DNA of 64,000 nt from Pocillopora damicornis (Eukaryota). The DNA lies in contig NW_020844573.1 in NCBI RefSeq assembly GCF_003704095.1, positions 744,001 through 808,000 of the forward strand. The letters are read 5' to 3'. Below are positions 24,974 to 38,113 of this stretch, piece after piece. The notes under the pieces were generated by a model. The model saw only the letters and a list, made by a program, of their open reading frames with translations, searched no databases and was not told where the DNA came from. The stretch's first letter is position 1; every line of letters begins with the position of its first letter. Position numbers and translations under genes: made by a program.

Positions 24974-27389
24974 CCTTCCTAATTGACTCATACGGTTTTC
25001 AAAGAAGTGCCGAAAGTGATTGAGCTTCAGAACTTCTCAGTGTGGTTTTTTGTAACTTTGCCTTGCGATTGGTGAAAAAAGAAACTCACGTCGCTTTTTC
25101 AGTGGACCCAATTGAAAACTGAGAAAAAAAATCGCGATTTCGTGATAATTACTTTCAAGCTTGCGGCAGATTTATTAATTTTTCTTACATACGTTCTCAT
25201 TTTTTGCTTCTGGTCGTATTCCTCTGCGTTTCTGATTTGCTATGGAGATTACTCAATCTGGTTTTAGTTTTAGGACACTCCATAGAAATCCGCTCGGTAA
25301 AATTTCCGCACAGCCCCATACTACATTATGCATTCNNNNNNNNNNNNNNNNNNNNNNNNNNNNNNNNNNNNNNNNNNNNNNNNNNNNNNNNNNNNNNNNN
25401 NNNNNNNNNNNNNNNNNNNNNNNNNNNNNNNNNNNNNNNNNNNNNNNNNNNNNNNNNNNNNNNNNNNNNNNNNNNNNNNNNNNNNNNNNNNNNNNNNNNN
25501 NNNNNNNNNNNNNNNNNNNNNNNNNNNNNNNNNNNNNNNNNNNNNNNNNNNNNNNNNNNNNNNNNNNNNNNNNNNNNNNNNNNNNNNNNNNNNNNNNNNN
25601 NNNNNNNNNNNNNNNNNNNNNNNNNNNNNNNNNNNNNNNNNNNNNNNNNNNNNNNNNNNNNNNNNNNNNNNNNNNNNNNNNNNNNNNNNNNNNNNNNNNN
25701 NNNNNNNNNNNNNNNNATATATAAACTTAGTTTTCTCTGTTCAGGGCCCTTTTTTTCTGTAGTCGCGCTAGTCGCAGTTAGCTTTCAAGCAGTTCCTTTA
25801 TTCTTCATTTCGTCTTCGGACAGTGTTTTTCCCTCAAGCACAGTTTTCCAGTAATCGTAATAATGTAAATATTATCGTTTCAAGTTGGCTCAGTGTATTT
25901 CTTTACTATCACCTTTACTTAATCAATTGTTGTAATTTTGTATTATTTGTTTATTTTTAAAGTTTCAACCTACATCGTTCACCGTCAATAAATCGCCTTT
26001 TTTATCAGTAATTGTGGTGTTGAGAAGTTACTATTGCCGCAGTCATATAGTTCCCAGACCATCTCTCCTGAGCAATTGTCCGCGCAGAGTCTGAGAAAAT
26101 GTAACTTCTGACGTTTGAGTGACATGGGAACGAATTGGTCAGAAATTAATATTCTGACGGCACGTTGAAGAGGTTCGCACGGCATCACGGTAGTTTCGGA
26201 TTATTTAAGCGTTTCGCTGGGAAATTAGGACATTCTACGTCGGCCAGTCTTAGGTTTGACCACTTTCTTTTTTCATTAATTTATTTTTTTAATTTAATGT
26301 AATTTTGCTTTACAACAAAAAATAAAATATCACTGCTTTCATTGAATTTTCTGTGTGATTAGTAGTGTAACTAGTTTTATTTTAGTCACCCTTTCCTCGG
26401 GGTATAGTGCTGCTGCATTACATGAGGAATACGTTTCCACATATTTTTTGGCTACTTCTAGAGAGTGGTTTTTTAGTGGTGTTTCGTAACTGGCGTAGCA
26501 CAGCCTATTTTTGTATAACCCTTCATTTTCAGTGAATACTTGCAGATTGTAGTAGGATGCGTAGACTACAAGACTGGCTGACTCCTCCTAAATAAGCTTT
26601 CACATTGAATATCTCGCCTGAGTGTAGTCAGAATATTTCTTTTTGGTGATATCGCGGATTTTAGGGTCTTAAGTTTGACGGAGCCGAAAAAATTGAGGTA
26701 TGGGACTGAGTTTTATACAATATGAAAAATAATCTTAATTCTTTGGTTAAAAATGATCTATTTACAACAAATTTAGTTGACTTAGAAGCGACTCTCGGCT
26801 ACCTTTGTTTATCGTCAAGATAGTTTTTCCATTAGGGAGGGTACACCCGAAAATGATTGTTGTGAATGACATAAATCGTTGGCTGACAACCTGAGCGGAA
26901 GTCATCATCATCAGCTTGACTGATAATCTTAAATAAAAAAGATACTTTTAATTCGTCGTCAGAGTCAGTTTAGATGGACTTCTGCATTTGAAACAGCTAA
27001 TGGACTATCGTCCATGTTTTCATAAAATATTTCAGTTTTTCCTGTGCCTGATTTTCATGAAAAACTGAGAAGTCGGACGGTTGCACCTTTACTGCGCTCT
27101 TACAACTGATATTTCTTGGCTTAGAAATTGCAATTGAGGTGTTGATTACTGTTTGATTTTTTTTTTTGCTAAGAGGCCAAACTTGAGCTTAAACTTAAAT
27201 TCGACAGACCATGCAGTTGAACGACAGTCGTTAGCGTTGTGCTATCAAGTTTTCAATGCAGAAATTTCTGAAATTTTTTAATTTCATTAGTTTGTTTTTC
27301 TTTTTCACTTTTTTTTTCATTCCTTGTGTTTTCTTTTGTCCTGTTTCTGGTCTCATTCATTTTTCAGAACTTGGCTTTTCTTTAATTGG

Positions 27390-27490
27390 CAGATATAGTT
27401 TGTTTTCTTGGAACGAAAATGATTTACATCAGCATTTATGTTGGTCGCAGACGCCATAAGAATGAAATGGAGTTTATTTAACTACAATTA
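27390..27490 (+). pseudogene. Degenerate fragment of the same GPCR family (TM5-ICL3)
   Basis: Reads GTKMIYISIYVGRRRHKNEMEFI* versus paralogue GTTVIYIKLYLVVRYHKNRIQFLQ. It has an in-frame stop and no intact flanking frame. Confidence 0.6.
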
Positions 27491-30400
27491 ACGTAGAGAA
27501 CACATCTGCTGAGCAACAGCACAAAGCGTGCATCACATGAAAAGGTAAAGTAACACGGGCAACAATTTAATTGGCCATCTTGCCGCGTGACTTTGCTGCA
27601 AACACTGTAAGGAATGTTGCCCGAATTAACACGTGCAGTGAGGTGCTTGAAAAAAGCCTATAGAGACAATAAACGGCTGAGAAATATATAAACAGTAACG
27701 ACAAGATCACAATTCTTGGTCTCGCTCATTTCTGATCGCACTGAACTGCACAATAATTACAGTATATCTGAGATGAGTAGGTCATTTTTCTGCACCATCA
27801 GTTAAAAAATTTAAAAGAAGAGTGAGTGCTCCGTAAGATTTTTTTGTACCTAAGAACATAAGCTGCTTTTAAGGTCGAGAGAATGCTGTTTATTTTAATT
27901 TTTTTTGGCCTTTCTGTCTGATCTCAATAGCTACTAATGAAGAAAGCTACAACTCCTTTTACGACGCCAATTAGATGTACCTTTACTTTCTCATATCGAC
28001 AGATATGTACTCTCCAGACATTTTAAACAATTTCTGTTAGCGACAACTGACAGGAACTACGAGGCCCTTTAAAAAAAAGATTAAGAAGATGGCTCGTTGT
28101 ATTCTTACATCACTGTTTTAAGCCTTGCGCTCAACGACAGGGGTTTTCAGGACAGTAATGAAATCCAAAGAGAAGGAAATAAAAGTGTTCTTCCCTTACT
28201 TTTCCTTCGCTGCGAAAGATGATCAAAAGCATTCTTTCGTGAGTTAAATAATCTTTCATTCCATGTTTTGTAAATAAGTCAGCAGCTGCGCGGGTTCTGA
28301 CTGGCCGCGGGGAACGAGAACTTAGTTGAACTTATATCAAGTTCTGTATTTAAAGATAACTGTTCATTTTCACCAAAAATTAATTTTGTCTAAGCTTTAA
28401 AATGCTGCTTCATCGGATATATTTTTTAGTGATTAGACCTTCGAAGAGAACAAGCTTCTTTCGACAAGTTAAAATTGCAGCCTAGAGCTCGAGCACACTG
28501 AGAAAGGCAATGTATTCATTTCCTTTATTTGAGTTATTTTGACCTCTATATTGAGCTGATTTTATTAACAAAGGAAATAGCCTTCTGTATATGAATAGAA
28601 AAACACTGAATCAACATCTTGCGCGGAAGCAAGGAAAAGCATTAAGAATATTTCACTTACTGAAAACGACAAAAATTGAAAAATTATTGATAAAAGTCTT
28701 AAAGCTTAAAAATGATAATATTGGAAAGGAGAGTTATGAGTGAACTGTTAAATGGAGATACTGATGATTCGTCACGAACGTGGGATGATAAAACAAAAGG
28801 GTTTGTGTTCAAGGGCGTAAATATGTCTTTCGCCTGGGTTAGAGTTAGCTAGCCTAGCCGCTAGGCAACGGGTAGACTAATTCTGAGAAGGGCTTAAAAC
28901 GTATTTATGCCCACGAACGTAAACTAAATTATTGTCATCATCACTTAGGAGAGCACTTTGAAAATAAAAAATGACTAAAAAATGAGAACAAAACAGCCTG
29001 ATTGGTCACGCGAGCGCGCGAGCGGGTTAAATACATTTTAGCAGGCCGCTAAAATCCCCATTTAAGCCCACAAAATGCACTACAGTGCTCAAAAAAAATT
29101 ATACTAAAGAATGTTTTAAACTTCACAGACTTTACGACTTTCAGATAGCCTCAGGGCAGTCTTATATTCTGGAAATATTGTTTTGGCGTTGTTAAGTTTT
29201 TTTTTTTAGAGTTTTACATACAATTTTTGGAGACAGTGTGATTTGTCATCATGGAACCACTAGAGAATATTACTTTTATCTATTGATACTAGTTAAAACG
29301 CTTATTAATCGGATAGTTCATGGTGTTGTGCATGTATTTAGCGGTGCTACCCTCATTTTCATCTGATGCCCATTTAAACCTTTAGCTACATAAGCTACTA
29401 AGTGGCTCCAGCTGGTGGCTAGCTGTCTCGATCCGTAAATGCTTCTTAGATGTGGCTTTTTATTTTTTCCTTGTGCGCATCAGCAGTGTGTCATACCTCC
29501 TATAGGTAAACTTGTCATACTTATGTTCCCTGGTGTCTTGATTTTGTTGAGCAAAACAAGCAATTAGGAAAAGTAGCCTTTTAAAATGTGACACCAACTG
29601 CTCTGAGGAATCGTTCAGCGTCATCTTCATTGTTTATTAAAAAAATGTGCTAAAAATTTGACGACGGTCTCTGCCATTTTGATCAGTCTTGTTTAACCCT
29701 TTCACTCCCAGATCGAATTTGTAATTCTCCTTACTGTCAACCATACATTCTTATGATGTTAGTTCAGAGAACTTAGAATTGGATCAACTCATTATCCCCA
29801 AATTGATTATTTTCTTTATCCTCATCGCTTATCTGGTTGATATCGTATTGATACCTTGGTCACTCATTGGAATTAAAAGTTTAAGAATGTTTCTATCTCT
29901 AAGCGATATGTTGGAACTGATTAGGAGAAAACCAAACGGCCGCTCTTTTTTTCAATAATCTCCGCGCTGTGGTTTGTGGTGCGGCTTCGTTGGCAAGATG
30001 TTTTCAACGAGTTGGTTTTAGTACATTTGAGAACAATTTTCAAACGGTTGAGTTCCTCGTTGGAATCTCAAAACCCTGCTAATAGTTTGATTGATTTCTT
30101 CGTTTTCAAAGAGGAAATTAAGATCATATCTTCTGGACCATACTTCCAGTTTAAAAGCTTTCTTAAGTAGATTGAGCGGTGATAACCTCACTAATTGTAC
30201 ATCAATTACTTTTTTTTTTCGAACAGAGTGAAATTTTTTTGGCATCTCAGAACTTCTTTCGAAATAAAAGAACTCAAGTAGGTATCTAAGAACCTTTACA
30301 ATTCATGGCGTGAACGTTTTTCGTGATACGATTCAAAATTAATCCAGCCATTAAACATCTTTATCGTAAAAGGTTTTTATTAATGTCTTTTAATGCGAAC

Positions 30401-32032
30401 GCCCTCAGGGCTCGGTAACATCGAGAGGCGGCTGTTGTCCGGTGTAAGCCTTTATGAATGATAAAAAATTTAAGTGTATGAGGAAACTCAGAAGACGTTT
30501 TTCCTTTGCGTCGAACACACGGTCATTTAATTACTCTTAACAGTTAGCTGTTAAACGGCTCAAAAACTAATCCTTTAGGTGCGCAAAAAAAAAAACAAAA
30601 ACAAATGTCAGCTTTCAACACCACTACTCTTTTGAAGCCCTCTTATTGGTTATGCAACTTCAATTTGACCAAACACAACGCTCCTTGAATTGACCGACAC
30701 AAATTCCTCTATCACACTACGTTTATAACAAAGTGGACAAAACTCTGTTGTAGAAAATCAGATTTTGGTAAAATCTTCCTAATATATATGTTTAAAGCTC
30801 ATGATTTTGTTTTGTAAATTTTGGCAATTTTTTTTTAACTTTGTAAATTAATATCGGTAAACAGGTTCAGTGGTAAGGAAATAAAAGGTCATAAATTACC
30901 TTTTTTCAATTTCCATCAGCGGACCCCGATGTTGTAATGGACTGCTGTGCAGGGAAAATGGGCCGTTAAAGGCTCGCAAATGTAATTTCCGGCATTCTGA
31001 GCATCATAAAAGGGTGGTGTTAACAATAATTTTTGTTGACAACTCGGTAACTAGCCTTTCATTCCTGAGCTTTCAGAATGTTGCGTTCGTGAATAAATGG
31101 CTTGCAGGGGGGGTTCTTTTTAAGACCCCACCCTTACCTCATTGCCGGCTCGTAACTCACTCGCAAGAAAGCCCACGCTAAACCCAAAAATTAGAGCCTG
31201 TATGAAGGCTATCCAGACGGCAGTAATTATATGAGAAATTTGATAGGCAGCAGTAATTATATAAAGGGTCTTATGGACGGCGGACGACCGCTAGTAACCG
31301 ACTTGCATCGAAACCCCAGTTCATTTATGAGACAACCTACCCATAAGAGAGATTAAATTTTCTTTATTTTGATTGGTTAGCATGAACAAAGTAGATAAAT
31401 TTGTCTAATCAATTTGCAAGCAGCTTCAAGTTTGACTGGTTAAATCATACATTTAATTTCTTGTGCTTAATTACTCAAAGAAACAAATAAGTGTTAAGAA
31501 CCATTTAGATTCGGATATTTTGCAATTAACATGACTTTCTCTGATAATACCCACTAATCGTGCTATTTATAGAATCAGTAAAGGTTGAGCCATCACTTGA
31601 TATACAACTGGAAGAAGTGAGAGAGATCGGTACGAGTTAGAAAGCTTTTTGTTAAGCCTCGCACTCACAACGAGACTCCACGTCTAGAAATCGAATTCAG
31701 GCGACTTCCGAAAGCACTGATTGAAAGTTCTAGTTTCTCCACATCAAAAGTAACCTCGTAATGGTCTGAAGCACGCTCATTTCTCGAAATATTGGAGGTA
31801 CGTTTGACTTAGTTCAACTCACAGCAAAAGTTTCACCTGCAATATATCAAAGTCTCGTCAAAGGATATGCTAACTATTGGTCGAAGTTCTCTTCAAGGCT
31901 GTAATTAACCCCTGGAATCATAACGTGTCCTCAGGCTGAAACAACAAAATTTGGATGCAGTTTTAAAGCTCCTTGCCAACGTTTGATCAGCCGGATTTTC
32001 CATTCAGCTGCTCTGTTGCTTGTGTACTTATT

Positions 32033-32998
32033 ATGTTTTGCGAAACATTGGTTCAATATTTTCCCTTCACCTCTGAATATGAAGAACTTCGCAGGAGTTA
32101 CATCGCTAACTGCGTCTTCAATAATTTTCTGACCTATCTCGCCGTTATGCTAAACATTGTGACATACTATGCGATACGAAAAACTCAATCGTTGCCAAAG
32201 ACGACAAAGACTTTGCTTTTGAGTCTGGTTGTTTCTGATGTCGGTGTGGGTCTGTTTGTTCAGCCATTTTACACTTCACTACTGGTCAGTTGGCTACAAC
32301 GAAACAGCCCGAGCTGCCTCACTTACCGAATGTTCAATAACGTCGGCCTGTTTTTTTCTCAAGCTTCGTTTGCTGGTGTTGTGGCTGTAAGTGTAGACAG
32401 GTTCTTAGCTGTTAATCTTCATCTCAGATACAAGGAACTTGTAACCCACAAACGCGTTCTTGCTGTGGTGATTTCAATATGGGTGTTCAGTGCATTTGTT
32501 TCTTTGATAATATTGAGTGGTCTGCGCCTTATTCAGATCATCATTCAGACCTTTGCTCAAATAAGTAGCCTTGTTGGGACGACAGTAATTTATATCAAGC
32601 TTTATTTGGTCGTGCGATATCATAAAAATAGGATTCAGTTCTTGCAAGCACGCGGTGAACAGCCTAGGGAAATAAAAAATTTATCGAGTGTTATAAAATC
32701 TGCGCTCGTTAGCTTTTACGTGTATGTGGCTTTTTTATTTTGTTACGCGCCTTATTGGTTCTCTGTGACGGCCATACGATTCTACGGTCCGACGGTGACA
32801 TTGAAGAGTTTACATCTCTTCTCAGTGACTCTAGTTTTTATGAATTCGTCTTTAAACCCTGTGATATACTGCTGGAAGATGAGACACATTCGGTGCGCCG
32901 TTATGAACATACTTCGGAGCATGTCCAGGAACAATGGCGTGGAAATTAAATTTAGTACTGAACAGTCGGCAATGAGCCCTTGTGATGTCACCAACTAA
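32033..32998 (+). CDS. Intronless class A GPCR, adenosine/melanocortin-receptor-like, 321 aa from ATG 32033
   Basis: Seven hydrophobic helices with LVVSD (TM2), SVDRF (TM3), CYAP (TM6) and NSSLNPVIY (TM7). Confidence 0.92.
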   Translation: MFCETLVQYFPFTSEYEELRRSYIANCVFNNFLTYLAVMLNIVTYYAIRKTQSLPKTTKTLLLSLVVSDVGVGLFVQPFYTSLLVSWLQRNSPSCLTYRMFNNVGLFFSQASFAGVVAVSVDRFLAVNLHLRYKELVTHKRVLAVVISIWVFSAFVSLIILSGLRLIQIIIQTFAQISSLVGTTVIYIKLYLVVRYHKNRIQFLQARGEQPREIKNLSSVIKSALVSFYVYVAFLFCYAPYWFSVTAIRFYGPTVTLKSLHLFSVTLVFMNSSLNPVIYCWKMRHIRCAVMNILRSMSRNNGVEIKFSTEQSAMSPCDVTN

Positions 32999-35900
32999 AG
33001 GCTATTTTGTCCGCTTAAAGACTTATTTTCTCGTAGATCAGCGTTGAGAGAGCCAGCGAAATAAAAAGCTTCCTCGATTTACTATAAAAAGCTAAAATAA
33101 TAGCAAAGGGCAGAGTTAACCGGCTTTCCAGAGACAAACACAGTTTGCATGCAGTTTATCAGGGTTTGTGTTAGGAAAAGTTGGAGCGTATTTCAGGAAC
33201 GCAAACCTGGATGTAGTTGTAAATCGACATTTGCATCAGGTTTTTATGTATAAAAAAGTATGATATAATCAAATGCAAAATTGAGAAACAGCAACTTTTA
33301 TATAAAGCAAAGCAACAGGAGAGTAAAGCAAATTTAAAGATCGCTTTTAAATGTTATAACTAATTTAAATTTTTGACAGAGTAAGTGAAATAAAAATTTG
33401 ATAAATTAAAAATTCAGACTTTTCACTTTCCTTTGCGATATCATCTTCTTTGAACGAATACACCAATAATACGTTATAAGGTTTTTTTTTAACCTATTTA
33501 CAAGAATAAACTTGTGGGATAAGGAAATTAATTTTTTTAGTAAAAGGGCGTCAAAGCATACCGATCAGTTTTATTTATTTTCGCAATAGTCAGGTGTGGC
33601 CATGACAATGGTTTAAGCGCGTATACATGTCAAAGACAGTCAAATCATATTAATTCAGCTAAGAGCTTTCGGGAAAGTTTTTGTTTCTATTTGCAATTCT
33701 ACCAAAATGAAGTGACAAGACTGAACTGAAAAAGAATTAAATAATGGGATGAATGATGTTACTCACTTAAAGATTTCCACAGCAGGACATTTTAACCCTT
33801 TCATTTTCAATTGGAAACTTCAAACAAACACATGGTTTATCTACATCCGCCTCTAGGCGTCCAAACTACTGAGTACTACAAGATGATAATAAGTGTTTCT
33901 GAGACAACCAACTCAACTGATGCTTTGACATAAAAAGTCTTTGTCGAACGACACAATCTTGACGCATTTTTAATTCAAGTAATCTATGGCTTACATCGAT
34001 CGATCATCTTCATCACTGATTGATCCCAAACTTAAATCATAGGTTTATCAACGTTTTAGGCGTCAATTACTGCTCTGTTTTAGTGAAGCTGAAAAGATAA
34101 TTTTAAACGTGATTTATTGGCATCAATCGGAAGATGATTTGAAAGGTTTAAATGACGTCCTATACAGATGGAGTACATCACTGATGAAAATAACTTTTTG
34201 CGGAAAACAGAGCAGGATGCCTCTGATCTTTTTTTTTTTCCCTTATGCTTCCGGTTTCCCAGTAGCTCTTACCTGAGCTGAAAATGAAAGGTTTCAAACA
34301 CCATTTAACAGCATTCGCTAAGGCCAGGGTAAAAAGTGTTTCATTTTAGCCTCCTTCATCGTCGTGGCATAGGAAATAAGAACTAACAAAATCCGGGATT
34401 AATGGAATGAAACTCTTGAATTATCAACTAATAACACCATCGGAAAATAGACATTAAACGAAGTAGAACTTTTGATACAATCTCAGAACATGATGTAAAA
34501 ATAATCACACCTTTTTTTTCTAACCATGTGAAAATAGAAATGTTTTTTAAGCTAAGACATCGTGAAATGAAATGCTCGGAAATTTGTGTTATAAACTGTT
34601 TTCGCGACTGATAAGAATGTGCCTTGAAGGGCCGAAGCCGTTTTAGCCTTGCATAAATATTTTGCGATATATTCAAAACACAAGAGAGGTTTCAATATCC
34701 TTTTGATTTAATAATAATAATAATAATAANNNNNNNNNNNNNNNNNNNNNNNNNNNNNNNNNNNNNNNNNNNNNNNNNNNNNNNNNNNNNNNNNNNNNNN
34801 NNNNNNNNNNNNNNNNNNNNNNNNNNNNNAACAACTTTTTGGTATGTAGTTAAATTACCAGACAAAAGCTCTGAGTGTACCAAAAGGCAAGTGAGGTCGC
34901 ATTCTCTAATTATCGAAACGCGCTTTAGGATTTCTCTAAAATTTCATGGAACAAATAAAGATTTAAATGACCGGGCAAAAGCTTTACCTGTACCAAAAAA
35001 GGCAAATGGAAAACCNNNNNNNNNNNNNNNNNNNNNNNNNNNNNNNNNNNNNNNNNNNNNNNNNNNNNNNNNNNNNNNNNNNNNNNNNNNNNNNNNNNNN
35101 NNNNNNNNNNNNNNNNNNNNNNNNNNNNNNNNNNNNNNNNNNNNNNNNNNNNNNNNNNNNNNNNNNNNNNNNNNNNNNNNNNNNNNNNNNNNNNNNNNNN
35201 NNNNNNNNNNNNNNNNNNNNNNNNNNNNNNNNNNNNNNNNNNNNNNNNNNNNNNNNNNNNNNNNNNNNNNNNNNNNNNNNNNNNNNNNNNNNNNNNNNNN
35301 NNNNNNNNNNNNNNNNNNNNNNNNNNNNNNNNNNNNNNNNNNNNNNNNNNNNNNNNNNNNNNNNNNNNNNNNNNNNNNNNNNNNNNNNNNNNNNNNNNNN
35401 NNNNNNNNNNNNNNNNCGTTTACTATTTCACTCCGTTTTCCTTACAGAAGGCCTGGCATGTATTTTTCTTGAAGATTTAACACTCGAAGATGGCGTTTCT
35501 GTCCTTAAAGGAAATCAATAGCAATGTTAAAAGCAGCAGCTGATTAAACATAGCGCAGATGTGTTACCGATTAGCATATCTAACGAATTGAACAAAAGTA
35601 TCTTTTTAGTTGCTTTTTGTTTTTTAATTAACTTCTACTGATTAGAACCTGAAACGTTAAATTACCTGGCGACCACAGACATGTAGCTAGAAATCTCGGC
35701 TTAAGAAATAGCCAAGTGTAAGACGTCCTTTTACTTTTCGAACTATGAAGTCTCCTAACTTCTCTATGTTCCGATTGGTTATGAGAAACTTCAACCCACA
35801 CGTACCAATTACTAGATTCGTTGTTCTTTTCAATTAACATGCAAACAATAAAGTTCGAGAGAGATAATTGAAAATGCGTTGTACGTAACCGTCAATCATG

Positions 35901-36282
35901 TTTTATAATCTTAAGGTAATCATGTTTCTGAGTTGTGATTGGAGAATATCGGTACAAGTTGTTAATTCTGCTTTTAAATGTCCGTTTGGAAGATAATTGA
36001 TCGCAGCATGAAAGAAAATCGCAATTTCGGTGTTAAGCCCCACAGCATGCCGCATGTTACTGAGAGGCGCAGTGATTTTCCTTCATAAACGAAAAACTTT
36101 GAACAGTACAATAATTCACCCTTTCCGTCTGGAGCTGAGAATAACGTTTGGAGAAGATTTGTCATATAATTCTTTGGAGCAGACGAGAGAGGGATCACCT
36201 GGGCCGAATTGAGAAACCTTAAAACATTTTTTCGTACCGCTCAATGCAATGGCTAAAGAAACGTTGACAGTCAATCAATAGT

Positions 36283-37209
36283 ATGAAGGAAAGATTTTGC
36301 GAATTTTATGGGCAGTTTTTCCCCTCCATATCTGATGCTGAAGAGCTTTACACGTCTTACCTCGCCAACTGTGTCTTCAACCATTTTCTTTCCTTTACTG
36401 CCATCGTGTTGAACGTAGTAACTATCTACGTAATACGAAAAACTTCGTCTTTACCAAAGACTTTGAAAATATTGCTTACGAGTCTTGCCGTTTCTGACGT
36501 TGGTGTTGGTTTACTGGTTCAGCCATTTTACACGTCACTTCTGGTCAGATTGTTACGACAAATAAATCTAACCTGTATTGAACATAAAATTTATTCCTTA
36601 AGTGCAAATGTTTTCTGTACGCTTTCGTTGTTAAATGTTCTGGCTGTAAGCGTGGACAGGTTCTTAGCGGTTCATTTTCATCTCAGATACCAAGAACTTG
36701 TAACTCACAGGCGCATCATTCTGGTGGTCATATCAATTTGGGTTTTTTCCCTGGTTCGTTCTTTCGCCACGTTGTGGCTTTCAAACTATGTGAATTTTTT
36801 TATCTCCATCCTTCTAAATGCTGGCGGTGTCATTTTAACTTCAACTATCTACTGGCGACTTTATTTAACGGTGAGACGCCACAAGAATCAGATTCACGGC
36901 ATGCAACAATCAGAACAGACTGAGGAGATGTTTCATATTTCGAATATCCTTAAAACTGCAGTCAGCGTATTCTACGTGTGTCTTGTGTTTCTGCTTTGTT
37001 ATCTGCCTATTGGTATCTGCCAGTCTGCAGTGACATTATATGGTTCGAATCACACCTTGATCAAATTCTATCATTATTCGATGACTTTGGTATTTCTGAA
37101 TTCATCCCTGAATCCTGTAATTTACTGCTGGAAGATGAGAGACATTAGACACACCGTTTTGAATATATTGCGGCGTGCGTCGTTGAACAAAAATCGCACC
37201 TCTCGCTAA
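36283..37209 (+). CDS. Intronless class A GPCR, adenosine/melanocortin-receptor-like, 308 aa
   Basis: LAVSD, SVDRF, CYLP and NSSLNPVIYCWKMR motifs. Highly similar to the ORF at 32033. Confidence 0.92.
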   Translation: MKERFCEFYGQFFPSISDAEELYTSYLANCVFNHFLSFTAIVLNVVTIYVIRKTSSLPKTLKILLTSLAVSDVGVGLLVQPFYTSLLVRLLRQINLTCIEHKIYSLSANVFCTLSLLNVLAVSVDRFLAVHFHLRYQELVTHRRIILVVISIWVFSLVRSFATLWLSNYVNFFISILLNAGGVILTSTIYWRLYLTVRRHKNQIHGMQQSEQTEEMFHISNILKTAVSVFYVCLVFLLCYLPIGICQSAVTLYGSNHTLIKFYHYSMTLVFLNSSLNPVIYCWKMRDIRHTVLNILRRASLNKNRTSR

Positions 37210-38113
37210 TTCTTGTATCTTCTTAGGTTTTACCGTAACTTCCCATGATGAATGTTTATGTTCAGACCCTATGGGGCTATGTGAGAAAAACTGTTTTATC
37301 AAATCGTAGTAGTGAGGTGACACAACTTATTTTCAATTTCACTTATCACCTGAGCAAGTTTTAAGCATTGTCTTGAAGGAGATAAATTTTCATCAATGTA
37401 TCAGTACACTAAAATAAATTCTTGCGCAATTTTTTTGGGTGAAAGTATTTTCTTTGCTTACCAAACGCAGAAAATCTGATCTGTAGTCCGCGAGCAGGCC
37501 CTAATTTAATTATTAGCGCTTCGGTTCAGGCTTTTCTTCGCCCGAACAAGGCTGGCCGGGAGAGATCTGCAAGTGGTCTGGCGCCTCGTCATTAATGGCT
37601 GGACCCCTGACAACCTCTCTCCGACTTGTTTCAAATCTTCCCACGAGCTAAGAAATGCGTGTCCTGCAGGGATAATTTATTAATAATAAGGGCCCGGTCG
37701 CAGGCTATATGAACTGATTAGGAAGAAGAATGTATCTGGAACGTTTTTGCCTCGTATCTTGAAGGGAGAGAAATATTTTTTTAATTTCATTTATGACCAA
37801 AAAGGTTGTGTCCTCGTGTACTGGTACACAAAGGAACGAAATATTAACGAACTGCGTCACAACTCCATGTATGGATATGAAAACAATAGGAACTCCCCCG
37901 TGTACCGGTACACCAGGACAGCCCCACCAAAAACCATCAAAAAACCTATTTACATCCCGTCTTTTGTTTCCAGTAATGTAGAGGCTGAGTTTTAGAGACA
38001 TTTATCAAATAACCGACGTCCCGGCAGATAGCAACGTGTTTTTCACTCTTTACTATGCATGTCTGCTTACCTTGAATCTAACATACACCAAAACTTCATT
38101 CAAATTTCCGAAG

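Noticed and set aside
24007-35521. Long ORFs composed largely of X
   Set aside because: Read-through of assembly N gaps (24046-24453, 25336-25716, 34730-34829, 35016-35416).
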